Positions 1 through 9,646 are shown, counted from the first letter of the stretch. The stretch is 32,000 bases of DNA from Methanococcus maripaludis (GCF_002945325.1 NZ_CP026606.1:1470001-1502000); one strand, 5' to 3'. A program made the numbers and translations. Notes: generated from the sequence alone by a model not told the origin.

Positions 1-122
1 GGTCCGGAACAAATTGCAGTATGTCCATGATTTATACCCTTTTTACGCTTTTATATTGATATTATTTATTCGTTAAACATTTTTTATATCTTTTTATTTG
101 GGTTTTAAAAATTAAACGTTTT

Positions 123-770
123 TTAAGACGCGGAAGTAATATTCATTTTAAATAAGCTGTTATTAATGTCACCAACAGGAATTCCATTTTCTAACACGTA
201 AGTTCCAAGTAACAAGTCGTCATTTTCAATAATTGTTCGATTTATAATATTTTTACCTGCAATATCATCAATATTTTCCATGAAATATCTATTTTCGTTT
301 AAATTTTCTGTAATTAGTTCAGCGTAATTATATTCTTCGCCAATTTCTATGAATATCCCATAATTTTTGTTATAGACAATAACGTCGTTATAATTAAGGG
401 GTTTATTGTATTTAAGATCTGGTTTTTGAACGTAATCTGAATTTAAAAATATCATTCCATTTTTCGTTTGTATATTTTCATCTGCAAAAAGGCTTCCAAA
501 TCTCCATAAAGGGGTTTTTACAGCTATTTTTGAATAGTTATTCTTATCAATGTACGCCCCATCAAATATTATAAAGAAATAGTCTGGAGTTTGATGTTCT
601 GAAGTTTTATTTGTAACTAATTTTAGCATATCTTTATTTAAGTAGATAAATTCTGGATAAGGGCTATTTTCAACGATTTCAACAGAGCTGTAGTCGTTTC
701 CGATACATCCTGAAAATGAGGTTAATAGTAATAATCCAAAGACTGAAAGTAAACTGGCTACTTTTTTCAA
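123..770 (-). CDS. Hypothetical secreted protein with lipobox-like signal peptide (215 aa)
   Basis: ORF track. TTG start with GGAG 6 nt upstream. N-terminus MKKVASLLSVFGLLLLTSFSGCIGN has the pattern basic-hydrophobic-SGC. Only 13 nt downstream of the cbiE stop, so likely co-transcribed. No recognisable catalytic motif. Confidence 0.6.
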   Translation of the reverse strand: MKKVASLLSVFGLLLLTSFSGCIGNDYSSVEIVENSPYPEFIYLNKDMLKLVTNKTSEHQTPDYFFIIFDGAYIDKNNYSKIAVKTPLWRFGSLFADENIQTKNGMIFLNSDYVQKPDLKYNKPLNYNDVIVYNKNYGIFIEIGEEYNYAELITENLNENRYFMENIDDIAGKNIINRTIIENDDLLLGTYVLENGIPVGDINNSLFKMNITSAS

Positions 771-783
771 AAGTATCTCCTCT

Positions 784-1410
784 TTAGTTTATAATGCAGA
801 CCAAAAGGTAAGAATAATCATTTTCCATTAAATTTGATATTTTATCCGTAATTATTCTTTCGTTTGAATATGAAAGATTTTCAAGAACGGTTATTTCTTT
901 TTCGTCCGAAATTCCATTTTCAATCAAGAATTTAAGGTCATTTTTTAAATTATTCGGTAAAAAAATCACTTTTTCATCATTTTTCACATAATCTAACAGC
1001 TTTTTTAAATTTTCTTCTTTTCCATGTATTGTTAAAATGTTATAATCTTCCCAAGATATTTTGGCTTTTGCAGCTGCCATTTGAATTGACGAAATTCCAG
1101 GGATCACTTCAAAATCTTCTTTTTTAATAAAATCAAATGAAGATATAGTTTTTAAAAGACCGCTGAAACACGGGTCCCCCGTTGAGAGTATCGAAACCTT
1201 TTCTTTAGGATTTGAATTTTTATAGTTTTTTAAAAATTCATAAAGTTCGTTTTTAAGATTTACCGTAAGTTCTATTTTTTTTCCGTTAGTTTCAAAGATT
1301 TCAAGGGACCTTTTACTTCCCAAAACAAAATCCGAAGTTTTAACTGTATCAACTGCTTTTTCTGTAACATAATCCCTGCTTCCAGGCCCAATTCCAACGA
1401 TATAAATCAC
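784..1410 (-). CDS. cbiE: Cobalt-precorrin-7 (C5)-methyltransferase CbiE (tetrapyrrole methylase family)
   Basis: N-terminus IYIVGIGPGSRDYVT and motif LSTGDPCFSG are typical of CbiE/CobL N-domain tetrapyrrole methylases. The ~208 aa size fits. GTG start. Confidence 0.8.
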   Translation of the reverse strand: MIYIVGIGPGSRDYVTEKAVDTVKTSDFVLGSKRSLEIFETNGKKIELTVNLKNELYEFLKNYKNSNPKEKVSILSTGDPCFSGLLKTISSFDFIKKEDFEVIPGISSIQMAAAKAKISWEDYNILTIHGKEENLKKLLDYVKNDEKVIFLPNNLKNDLKFLIENGISDEKEITVLENLSYSNERIITDKISNLMENDYSYLLVCIIN

Positions 1411-1524
1411 TGTATCCCATTTATAATTTTTTTTGAAGAAAATTTAGCGAAACTATATTTAAAATGATATTTAATATAAGATTTAAAAACTATTAATCTT
1501 TCGAAAAAATTTTTCAGGAATATC

Positions 1525-2682
1525 ATGGATTTTGAAAAGTACGATGTGGTAATTGTCGGTGGCGGGCCTTGTGGATTTATTACTGGAGAGAATATTAAAA
1601 ATAAAAATGTTCTCGTTTTAGAGGAGCATCAGGAAATTGGGGTTCCATTTCAGTGTGCAGGGCTTTTAAGTAAAAAATGTATAAATGAACTGGGAAATCC
1701 TAAAGGTTCAGTAAATAAAGTTAGGGGGGCGCATATTTATTCAAAAAACAGTTCTATTACGGTTGGAAATGAAGAAATCAGGGCAGAAGTTTTTGAAAGA
1801 AAGGTAATGGATAAAGATATTGCCGTCAGGGCTTCTAAAAATGTGGATATTTTATTAAAATCGTACGGAAAAATTAAAAATTCAAACAATTTATCCAATC
1901 GCGATAAATGTATGCATAATTTGGAGATAATGCACATTGGGGACACTTTCGAAATATCTCCTGAAATAATTATCGGGGCTGACGGGATCAGGTCCACAAT
2001 TGGAAGATCGTTGAATATGCTTGATAAAAAACGGGAAATAATTTCGGGAGTTCAGATCGAATTTGTCAATGCGAAAGTTGACGATGATTTTGTTTACGTA
2101 ATTTACGATAAAAAATATTCTGAAAAATTTTTTACATGGATAATCCCCCTTGGAAACGATAGGGTAAGGGTTGGAATGTGTGATTCAAATAATTCTTACA
2201 AAAAATTAATAGATTTTATCGAAAATAATCCTGTTGCAAAAGAAATTTTAAAAAATGCAAACCCGGTTGAATTCATTTGCGGTGCAATTCCAATTGGTTA
2301 TTCAAAATCTGTAAAAAATAACGTAATGCTTGTTGGTGATTCTGCAGGCCAAGTAAAGCCTTTAAGTGGCGGTGGGCTTTATTATGGTGCAAAATGTGGA
2401 AAAATCTGTTCAGATACAATAAACCAGTATTTTGAAGGAAATTATGACATTGAATTTTTGAAAAACTATGAAAAAAACTGGAAAAGTGAAATTTCATCTG
2501 AAATTGATAAAAATATTAAAATTAGAAAAATTTTAAACATGATAAATAACGATAAAATGGATAGAATTTTTGATTTTATCGATAAAAACAACCTTGTAGA
2601 ATTTATAAATGAAAAAGGGGATATGGATAATCCATCAACTGTTGTCAAACCGATTTTAGATCGGGTAATCTTTGGAAAATAA
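1525..2682 (+). CDS. Geranylgeranyl reductase-family FAD-dependent oxidoreductase
   Basis: FAD dinucleotide fold YDVVIVGGGPCG, conserved PFQCAGL cysteine, and GDSAGQVKPLSGGGLYYG motif are typical of archaeal (di)geranylgeranyl reductases. 385 aa. Confidence 0.75.
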   Translation: MDFEKYDVVIVGGGPCGFITGENIKNKNVLVLEEHQEIGVPFQCAGLLSKKCINELGNPKGSVNKVRGAHIYSKNSSITVGNEEIRAEVFERKVMDKDIAVRASKNVDILLKSYGKIKNSNNLSNRDKCMHNLEIMHIGDTFEISPEIIIGADGIRSTIGRSLNMLDKKREIISGVQIEFVNAKVDDDFVYVIYDKKYSEKFFTWIIPLGNDRVRVGMCDSNNSYKKLIDFIENNPVAKEILKNANPVEFICGAIPIGYSKSVKNNVMLVGDSAGQVKPLSGGGLYYGAKCGKICSDTINQYFEGNYDIEFLKNYEKNWKSEISSEIDKNIKIRKILNMINNDKMDRIFDFIDKNNLVEFINEKGDMDNPSTVVKPILDRVIFGK

Positions 2683-2697
2683 ATTAATTTTAAATAA

Positions 2698-3462
2698 TTA
2701 ATATTTGCCGTACCATTTAAGCTTTAATTCATCAAGAGTTCCATCATTTTCCATTTCTAAAAGTACATCATTTATCGAGTTTCTTAAGTTTGGATTGTTT
2801 TTATTAATTGGAATTGCCCAGTAGCTTACGGATAATTTTTCGTCTAAATATCTTTTTTGTACGTTACATTTAGTGGATATGTGTTCGATGTACATTTCAT
2901 GCCCAATTACTGCATCAACTTCCCCATTTTCTACAGCGTAGGTTAAATTTTCCGGGGTATCGTAATATATACACTTACAGCCTACATTAGTTAAATAAGA
3001 TTCAACCAGTTCTGAAGAGACACTGCCTTCAATAACGCCTAAATTTTTACCTTTTAATTCTTTAAGCATGGTTACTGAACTACTTTCTGGAACTGCAACC
3101 CTGACACTGTCATAATAATAAACTCTCGTGAAATCAATAAATTTTCTTCTTTCGTAATTTACAGTTCTTGATCCAATACAGTCGACCTCATTCTTTTCCA
3201 AAGCATCGAAAAGTTCAGATTTGGAATTGTAAATCTTAAAATTTGTATTTAATTTCATTCTTTTTGCAATTTCATTCATTAAATCAAAATCAAAACCTGC
3301 CAAATTTCCATTTTCTTCATATATTGTTGGAGGGTACTGCGCACATACTCCAACAGTTAATGTACCTCTTTTCATAGTGTTTTGACTTGAAATACAGCCG
3401 GAAATAATTGAAATCGATAATAAAAATAGCAAAATGGTAATCCCAATAGAATGTCTTTTCAT
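2698..3462 (-). CDS. Family-3 (polar amino acid type) solute-binding protein, lipobox signal
   Basis: ORF track 2698..3489. I prefer the ATG at 3462 (MKRHSIGITILLFLLSISIISGCISS) behind AAGGTGGGGG. Body motifs GFDFDLMNEIAKRM and the C-terminal ELKLKWYG are typical of PBPb/SBP_bac_3. Confidence 0.8.
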   Translation of the reverse strand: MKRHSIGITILLFLLSISIISGCISSQNTMKRGTLTVGVCAQYPPTIYEENGNLAGFDFDLMNEIAKRMKLNTNFKIYNSKSELFDALEKNEVDCIGSRTVNYERRKFIDFTRVYYYDSVRVAVPESSSVTMLKELKGKNLGVIEGSVSSELVESYLTNVGCKCIYYDTPENLTYAVENGEVDAVIGHEMYIEHISTKCNVQKRYLDEKLSVSYWAIPINKNNPNLRNSINDVLLEMENDGTLDELKLKWYGKY

Positions 3463-3577
3463 AAACGGCCCCCACCTTATTTCATACATTATAGTTTTTA
3501 TGAGGGGGTATTTAATATTTTTTAAATAAAAATAACTGAAAATTTAGTTGAATAAAAAAGTAGTTAGGTAATGGTAA

Positions 3578-4342
3578 CTAATCGTACCATTTATTTTTTA
3601 ATTCATAAAGTGCTTCATTCTCTTCCAATTCAAATAATGCATCGTTTATTTCATTTTGGAGATCGTGATTATCTTTTTTGACTGCAATTGCCCAGTATTC
3701 AATTGTCATTTTTTCGAAAATCAATCTGGATTCAAAACTTTTCTGCTTTGAATAGTAATCCAGCTGGATCTGATCAGTAACCACTGCATCAATATTTTTC
3801 GAATATATGTCTGAAACTAATCCTTGAATTGAGTCATAGGATTTGATATTTGCGTTAATACTTCCCAAGTAGTCTTTGGCCCAATCTTCAGTATATGTGT
3901 TTGTCACAACTGCAATATTTTTACCGTTTAAATCTTTAAGTTCGCGATAAGGACTGTTTTCAAAAACTGCAACAACCACATATGTTTGGATGTATGCCCT
4001 TGAAAAATCCATGTCTTCTTTTCGTTCTGGTGAAATCGTCATCGAGGGGAGACAATCGATTTCTCCGTTTAAAAGTGCTTCGTGTGCACCGCCATATTCG
4101 TAAATTTTGAATTCGGGTTTTAAGCCCATATTGTTTGCAATTTCTTTCATCAAATCGATATCAAAACCTTTCAGTTCACCCTCTTCATAATATTGTTGTG
4201 GCGGCATTTCTGGCGTAATTCCAACTGTTAATACGCCGGGAGTTACTGTATTATATTCTTTGCCATAAGAAGAGATACATCCTGAAAAAGAAGTTAGTAT
4301 TAATACTGATGATATTATTACGAGGATTGTGGGGATTTTCAC
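3578..4342 (-). CDS. Family-3 solute-binding protein, lipobox signal (tandem paralog)
   Basis: GTG start with AGGAG 5 nt upstream. Signal MKIPTILVIISSVLILTSFSGCISS. Motifs GFDIDLMKEIANNMG and ELKNKWYD. Clearly paralogous to 2698..3462. Confidence 0.8.
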   Translation of the reverse strand: MKIPTILVIISSVLILTSFSGCISSYGKEYNTVTPGVLTVGITPEMPPQQYYEEGELKGFDIDLMKEIANNMGLKPEFKIYEYGGAHEALLNGEIDCLPSMTISPERKEDMDFSRAYIQTYVVVAVFENSPYRELKDLNGKNIAVVTNTYTEDWAKDYLGSINANIKSYDSIQGLVSDIYSKNIDAVVTDQIQLDYYSKQKSFESRLIFEKMTIEYWAIAVKKDNHDLQNEINDALFELEENEALYELKNKWYD

Positions 4343-4631
4343 ATTATCTCCTTTATGGTTGATAACAGATACTAATATTCTTTACTTTAAAGATATATTA
4401 ACTTTTACATGTGATTTGGTCGTATTTCATGGATAGTAATTAAATTTATTATGTTTTTAAAATTATGTCATTACTATTATTAAAATTAATATGGGATATT
4501 AAATAGTCTAGGTACCTATAAAATTAAAATTCAAAAATGCTATATTTATATAATCAAATTTCCATAATTTATAATGTTTTTTTAAGCATTTAATGTCTGT
4601 AATTCATTTTAAAATTAAGGAGAAGATATAC

Positions 4632-6110
4632 ATGGGGTTTCTTGATTCAATTAAAGGAATATTTAGTAAATCACCAAAGATACACTATGCAAAATCACAG
4701 AGTATTGATGTAATGGATCTAAATCCAAAGAGGGTCGGTCCAAATCAGCACATATTGCCGTATTATACTGTAGCATCTGTTGAACTTGGAAACACGACAA
4801 CAAAAGCAATTATATCTGCAACAGAGATGGGATCTGGAAAAACATATGTAGTTTCAAAAGAAGTTAGGATGACAAGGGATGTAAGGCCTCCAAAAAAAGG
4901 AGAACAGGTTTTTGGAAGGACTATCTGGGACGTTGAACTTACAAAAGAAGCAGTTTCTGAAATGGTTCGAGATGTATTGAAAGGTGCAATGGATAAGGCC
5001 CATTTAACTGTAAACGATCTTCATTTTGTTGTTAGAAGTACGGGGGTTACTGCAGGTTTTGCAACGCCTGAAGAAGTAGGGGTAATGATCGTATCTCTTG
5101 CTGAAGGATGCAGAATGGCAGGAATTCCAAATGGAAAGATGACGCCGATAATGACAAAAAAACAGCTTCCAGAAATACTTCAAGATTACACCTTGATTGA
5201 AAAGTTGATTTTTGATGGGGCAGTAACAGGGGTAGTTCCTCCAACTGGAAAAGAAGTAGTTGCAAATGAAATGGAAGGAGAACTTGTAACTGCAGGATTG
5301 AAAATTGGAAGTAAGTGGACCGGTGTTGACTACAGAAACCCGTGTATCAGCATTGATTTTGGAACAACACTTGCCGGAAGAATTACAAACAATGGTGAAC
5401 CTTATGCAAAAGTTGTTGGAAACTTGTGCGGACTTGCAGGTGCAGTTTCAGATGCAGTTGTTCGTGGAACAGATTTGGTAAGTAAAAGGGGCGGTGCAGT
5501 TTTAGATATTCACGCTGAAAAGGGAAGCCCAAACAAAGAACTCGCGAAAAAATATGCAGAAGAAATTCACGGGCACGTAATAATAAAAGAAGTTCCAAAA
5601 GGGATGGAAAGATTTGGAACGGTTCCAGTAAATCCTGAAAGTGCAGAAAAAGCTGGAACATTTTTAATCGGTTGTGATGTCGGTGAAAATGGAAGCGATA
5701 TTCCAGAACTTGAAAAAATTGGTGCAAAAATTTTAAAAGAATCAAATCTTCCAACTTTAATGTATACTTTAGACATTGTTTCTTCAAAAATCACTCAGAG
5801 ATTGATAAAGATTGCACATGAGGAAGGAATTATAAATGGAGATACGGCAATAGGGATTACTGGAAGAGCAGGAATTACTGGTGAAAAGCCAAAATTGATA
5901 ATTGAAATGCTTTCAGAACTTGGAATATGGGATAACGTGTCTGAAAACATAATTTTCGTTGAAGACGGACTTGCTCTTGGTGCAAGTGTAATGGCAAGAT
6001 GCATGAACTGTCTTGGAACTCCAAAAGTTCCAATCGGCGGAAAAAGAAACGGCCCATGCATATTATCTCAAAGGATAAAACGGCAAAAAGAAATGGGAAT
6101 GATAAAATAA
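4632..6110 (+). CDS. Conserved methanogen protein with two ASKHA (actin/hexokinase/Hsp70-type ATPase)-like phosphate-binding motifs; possibly the 'methanogenesis marker 14' family
   Basis: ORF track starts at 4593. The ATG at 4632 follows AAGGAGAAG (4617-4625). Motifs VELGNTTTKAII and SIDFGTTLAGRI resemble D/ExGxT(T) phosphate-1 motifs of BadF/BcrAD/EutA-like ATPases, and GITGRAGITGEKP lies near the C-terminus. The family name is from memory, not from a search. Confidence 0.55.
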   Translation: MGFLDSIKGIFSKSPKIHYAKSQSIDVMDLNPKRVGPNQHILPYYTVASVELGNTTTKAIISATEMGSGKTYVVSKEVRMTRDVRPPKKGEQVFGRTIWDVELTKEAVSEMVRDVLKGAMDKAHLTVNDLHFVVRSTGVTAGFATPEEVGVMIVSLAEGCRMAGIPNGKMTPIMTKKQLPEILQDYTLIEKLIFDGAVTGVVPPTGKEVVANEMEGELVTAGLKIGSKWTGVDYRNPCISIDFGTTLAGRITNNGEPYAKVVGNLCGLAGAVSDAVVRGTDLVSKRGGAVLDIHAEKGSPNKELAKKYAEEIHGHVIIKEVPKGMERFGTVPVNPESAEKAGTFLIGCDVGENGSDIPELEKIGAKILKESNLPTLMYTLDIVSSKITQRLIKIAHEEGIINGDTAIGITGRAGITGEKPKLIIEMLSELGIWDNVSENIIFVEDGLALGASVMARCMNCLGTPKVPIGGKRNGPCILSQRIKRQKEMGMIK

Positions 6111-6201
6111 TTTAAAATAACTAAAATACTCAAAAATTTCTATTTTTTAATTTTAATGAAAAAAGAAAATATTAAAATTTATTTTTAATTTTTAAAAGAT
6201 A

Positions 6202-7170
6202 TTAATCTTGAATACCTTTTTCTGTAATTCTAAAGACTGCTTCTGAATCCGGCAAGTGTGGGGAGTCGTATAATTTTGCAACTCTTTTATCTCCTTTTGA
6301 TTTTCTTAAGAAGAATCTAAATGTTGCAGCGTGTCCAACAACGTGTCCACCAATTGCTTGTTCAGCAACACCAAAGTATGCATCTGGTTTTGCAGCAACC
6401 TGGTTTGTAACTAGCACAATGCAGTTGTATAAATCTGCAAGTTTGTTTAGTGTAGCCATGTGCCTACCTAATTTTTGCTGTCTTTCAGCCAATTTACCTC
6501 TTCCTGTAAATTCGTTTCTGAAAGTGCTTGTAAGGGAGTCAATAATTACTAATTTAATGTTATTTCCGCCTTTGATCAGGTCTTCAATTTTTTCAGCAAA
6601 TAACATCTGCATGTCTGAATTGTATGCTCTTGCAACGAAGGTATTGTCCAAAACAGTTTGGCCATCGATTCCAGCCCCTTCAGCCATCTGAACAACTCTT
6701 TCAGGTCTGAATGTACCTTCTGTATCGATATAAACTGCTTTTGGAGCTTCAAGTTCTTCTTCAACTACTCCTTCTAAATCTGCAAATATTTTTTCTCTCA
6801 TCTGTAAATTTACGCAAGTTTGATGCATAATTTGCGTTTTACCACTTCCAAACATACCTGCAAATTCCGTTACAGACTGGCTTTCGATTCCCCCTGCAAG
6901 AACTGTATCTAATTCAGTGCTTCCAGTTGAAAGTCTCCATACACTCTGTCTTTGTTTTAATAATTCAACACCACTTTTGAATCCAAGGTCGCATAAATCT
7001 CTTGCAGCCATGATCATTTTAGCAGCAGCTTTTTCACTGATACCTTCAATATCAGTTAATTCACCGATAGTTGCTGTTGCAATTTTCATAAAATCGAGGT
7101 ATCCCCCTTCAATTAGTTTATCTGCAGTTGATGGGCCTACCCCAGGCAATTCGGTCAAAACGTCAGCCAT
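6202..7170 (-). CDS. radA: DNA repair and recombination protein RadA
   Basis: N-terminal HhH domain [12 protein letters not shown], Walker [10 protein letters not shown], and [12 protein letters not shown]. Full-length similarity to Methanococcus RadA proteins as I recall them. GGTGA RBS upstream. Confidence 0.97.
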   Translation of the reverse strand: MADVLTELPGVGPSTADKLIEGGYLDFMKIATATIGELTDIEGISEKAAAKMIMAARDLCDLGFKSGVELLKQRQSVWRLSTGSTELDTVLAGGIESQSVTEFAGMFGSGKTQIMHQTCVNLQMREKIFADLEGVVEEELEAPKAVYIDTEGTFRPERVVQMAEGAGIDGQTVLDNTFVARAYNSDMQMLFAEKIEDLIKGGNNIKLVIIDSLTSTFRNEFTGRGKLAERQQKLGRHMATLNKLADLYNCIVLVTNQVAAKPDAYFGVAEQAIGGHVVGHAATFRFFLRKSKGDKRVAKLYDSPHLPDSEAVFRITEKGIQD

Positions 7171-7318
7171 AACTTCACCTTTTTGTTAGATATGATGAGA
7201 ATAGTAATATGTGTATAAAAATACCGTGATTGTTAATATTTAAAAATTAAGCTAATGTATAAGTAGCCAAAATCAGTATTTATAACTTGTTAATCAAAAT
7301 AATAAATAATGTGAAAAA

Positions 7319-7864
7319 ATGATCCAAGACAGTGAATTTTTTAGAATGGAAGGCGTTCCGATAACTAAAGAAGAAATTAGAGCCGTAAGTATCGGTAAAT
7401 TAAATTTAGATCCTGAAGACATAGTTTTAGACATTGGCTGCGGTAGTGGGGGCATGAGTGTTGAGATCTCAAAACGGTCAAAATTTGTGTACTCAATTGA
7501 TAACAGCGAAGATGCAAAAAATACGGCATTAAATAACTTAAAAAAGTTTAATGTAGAAAATTGCACGGTTTCACTCGGAAATGCAGAAGATTTAATTTCA
7601 AAATTTGATTTTAACAAGGTATTTATCGGCGGAACCCAAAATATTGAACAGATCTTGGAAATTTTAAAAGAAAAGAACATTGAAATAATAGTTGTAAACA
7701 CAATTGTTCTTGAAAATAGTGTAAAAATAATTAATAAATTTGAAGAACTCGGCTACGACGTAAATTTTGTAAATGTTTCTGTTTCATACGGAAAAAAAAT
7801 TAATTCCGGGCACATAATGCTTTCAAAAAACCCGATAACAATCATAACAGCCACTTTAAAATAG
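7319..7864 (+). CDS. cbiT: Cobalt-precorrin-6B (C15)-methyltransferase (decarboxylating) CbiT
   Basis: GVPITKEEIRAVSIGKL followed by the SAM motif VLDIGCGSGGMSVE is typical of CbiT. 181 aa. Confidence 0.85.
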   Translation: MIQDSEFFRMEGVPITKEEIRAVSIGKLNLDPEDIVLDIGCGSGGMSVEISKRSKFVYSIDNSEDAKNTALNNLKKFNVENCTVSLGNAEDLISKFDFNKVFIGGTQNIEQILEILKEKNIEIIVVNTIVLENSVKIINKFEELGYDVNFVNVSVSYGKKINSGHIMLSKNPITIITATLK

Positions 7865-7961
7865 ATTTTATTAGTCTTTTTTAGATATATTTAATAAATA
7901 TAACATAGAAACATAATATTACTCAGGGAAGTTTACGTTTTATATTATTTTGAGGGATTTA

Positions 7962-9524
7962 ATGAAAAACACTGCTTATTTTAGCATGGAGTTTGCAATT
8001 GATCAGTCTTTAAAGACGTATGCGGGAGGACTCGGGTTTTTAGCAGGATCCCATTTTAGGGCAGCTAAACGCCTTAACGTACCCTTGGTTGGGGTTTCAA
8101 TGCTTTGGAGCTACGGCTACTACGACCAGGTGCGAGATCGCGAAGGCCGTATGAAAGTTGAGAATATAAGGAAATACTACGATTTTTTAACAGATATTGA
8201 TTTAAAAGTTCCAGTTGTAATAAATGGGACGAATATTTGGGTTAAAGCGTATAAATTAGAGGAAAATACATTTAATACCTGCCCAATTTATTTTTTAACA
8301 ACAGATATTCCAGAAAACGATCATTTGTCAAGAACCATTTCTTACGGACTTTACGATGGGAATAATTTAACACACATCGCCCAAGAAATCGTATTAGGAA
8401 TTGGCGGATACAAAGTCATTCGAGAATGTGAAAATGTAAAGCGATATCATATAAATGAAGCCCATTCTCTACCTGTCGCATTTAAAATGCTCGAAGACTA
8501 TGGAACTGATTATGTAAAAGAACATTTATTGTTTACTACACACACTCCAATTCCTGCTGGAAATGAAACACAGGATATAAATCTGCTAAAAAGTATGGGT
8601 TTTTTTGGAAGTATTGACACTAAAACTGCTGAAAAATACGGTGGAAATCCATTTAATTTAACTGTCGCAGCTTTAAGAATGTGCAAACGATCGAATGCCG
8701 TTTCAGAACTTCACAGGGACACTTCTGAAAAAATGTGGGCATGGGTTACAAATCGAGAGCCTATAATGAACATTACAAATGCACAGGATAAATATTACTG
8801 GCAAGACAGACAGATACGAGAATCTGCGGGAAAAAAAGATATAAAAATGCTTCGCGAAAGAAAAATGGAATTAAAAAAACAGCTTTTTGAAGAAGTAGCG
8901 GACCAGACCGGAAGCCTTTTTGATCCAAACATTTTAACGGTCGTTTGGGCAAGAAGATTTGCCGATTATAAACGACCTTCATTTTTATTGAGGGATGAAA
9001 AAAGGTTTAAAAATTTGATTAAAGGCGGAAAAATTCAAGTAATCTGGGCTGGAAAACCACATCCTGCTGATTCAAATGCACAGATTACATTTAACTGGAT
9101 AGTTTCAAAAACTAGGGAACTTAAAAATGTTTCAGTTTTAACAGGATATGAATTAAAACTTAGCAAACTCTTAAAGCAGGGTTCTGATGTATGGTTAAAC
9201 ACCCCGAGAAGACCAAATGAAGCATCAGGAACTTCAGGAATGACTGCATCGATGAATGCGTCGATACACATGAGTACAATGGACGGATGGCATGTTGAAT
9301 GGGCAAAAGCATATCCAAAAGATAGTTTTACTATCGGAGACGGTGTAAATCTTGATGAAGATTACGAGGCAAATGAAATGTATAAACACCTCGAAAGGAC
9401 TATAAAGATTTATGATACCGATGAATGGTGGGAAAAAGCTATAAATTCGGTAAATCACGTCGTGGAATATTTTGATGCTGAAAGAATGATTATGGAATAT
9501 ACTAAAAAATTTTACAGTGATTAA
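7962..9524 (+). CDS. Alpha-glucan (glycogen/maltodextrin) phosphorylase-family protein, short divergent form
   Basis: ORF track starts at the TTG at 7950. The ATG at 7962 follows GAGGGA. Family motifs: AYFSMEFA, YAGGLGFLAG, TTHTPIPAGNE, ARRFADYKRP, GKPHPAD, and NTPRRPNEASGTSGM. See the finding on the missing lysine. Confidence 0.8.
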   Translation: MKNTAYFSMEFAIDQSLKTYAGGLGFLAGSHFRAAKRLNVPLVGVSMLWSYGYYDQVRDREGRMKVENIRKYYDFLTDIDLKVPVVINGTNIWVKAYKLEENTFNTCPIYFLTTDIPENDHLSRTISYGLYDGNNLTHIAQEIVLGIGGYKVIRECENVKRYHINEAHSLPVAFKMLEDYGTDYVKEHLLFTTHTPIPAGNETQDINLLKSMGFFGSIDTKTAEKYGGNPFNLTVAALRMCKRSNAVSELHRDTSEKMWAWVTNREPIMNITNAQDKYYWQDRQIRESAGKKDIKMLRERKMELKKQLFEEVADQTGSLFDPNILTVVWARRFADYKRPSFLLRDEKRFKNLIKGGKIQVIWAGKPHPADSNAQITFNWIVSKTRELKNVSVLTGYELKLSKLLKQGSDVWLNTPRRPNEASGTSGMTASMNASIHMSTMDGWHVEWAKAYPKDSFTIGDGVNLDEDYEANEMYKHLERTIKIYDTDEWWEKAINSVNHVVEYFDAERMIMEYTKKFYSD

Positions 9525-9646
9525 TCTCTTTTAAATTTGATTTTAAATCCTTAACGGGTTTTTTGTATTTTTTACGCGATAAATACATATATAAAAGGCG
9601 GCACCTTATTAAATTTTCAAAACTATTTTCGAGTTATGTGGTAATC

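Noticed and set aside
1-30. Possible gene end (plus-strand frame 1 reads GPEQIAVCP then TGA at 28-30) or gene start (minus-strand ATG at 28, MDILQFVPD..) at the left edge.
   Set aside because: Only 9 codons are visible and both readings are possible, so no call can be supported.
7294-7701. Long antisense ORFs from the track, including 7294..7701(-), 13263..13652(-), 25745..26116(-), 27940..28404(-), 30919..31374(+), 12160..12483(-), 5383..5787(-) and 24842..25165(+), among others.
   Set aside because: Each lies entirely within, and antisense to, a gene with strong family motifs. Their translations are low-complexity Phe/Ile/Ser/Leu-rich strings with no RBS or promoter context. These are typical shadow ORFs.
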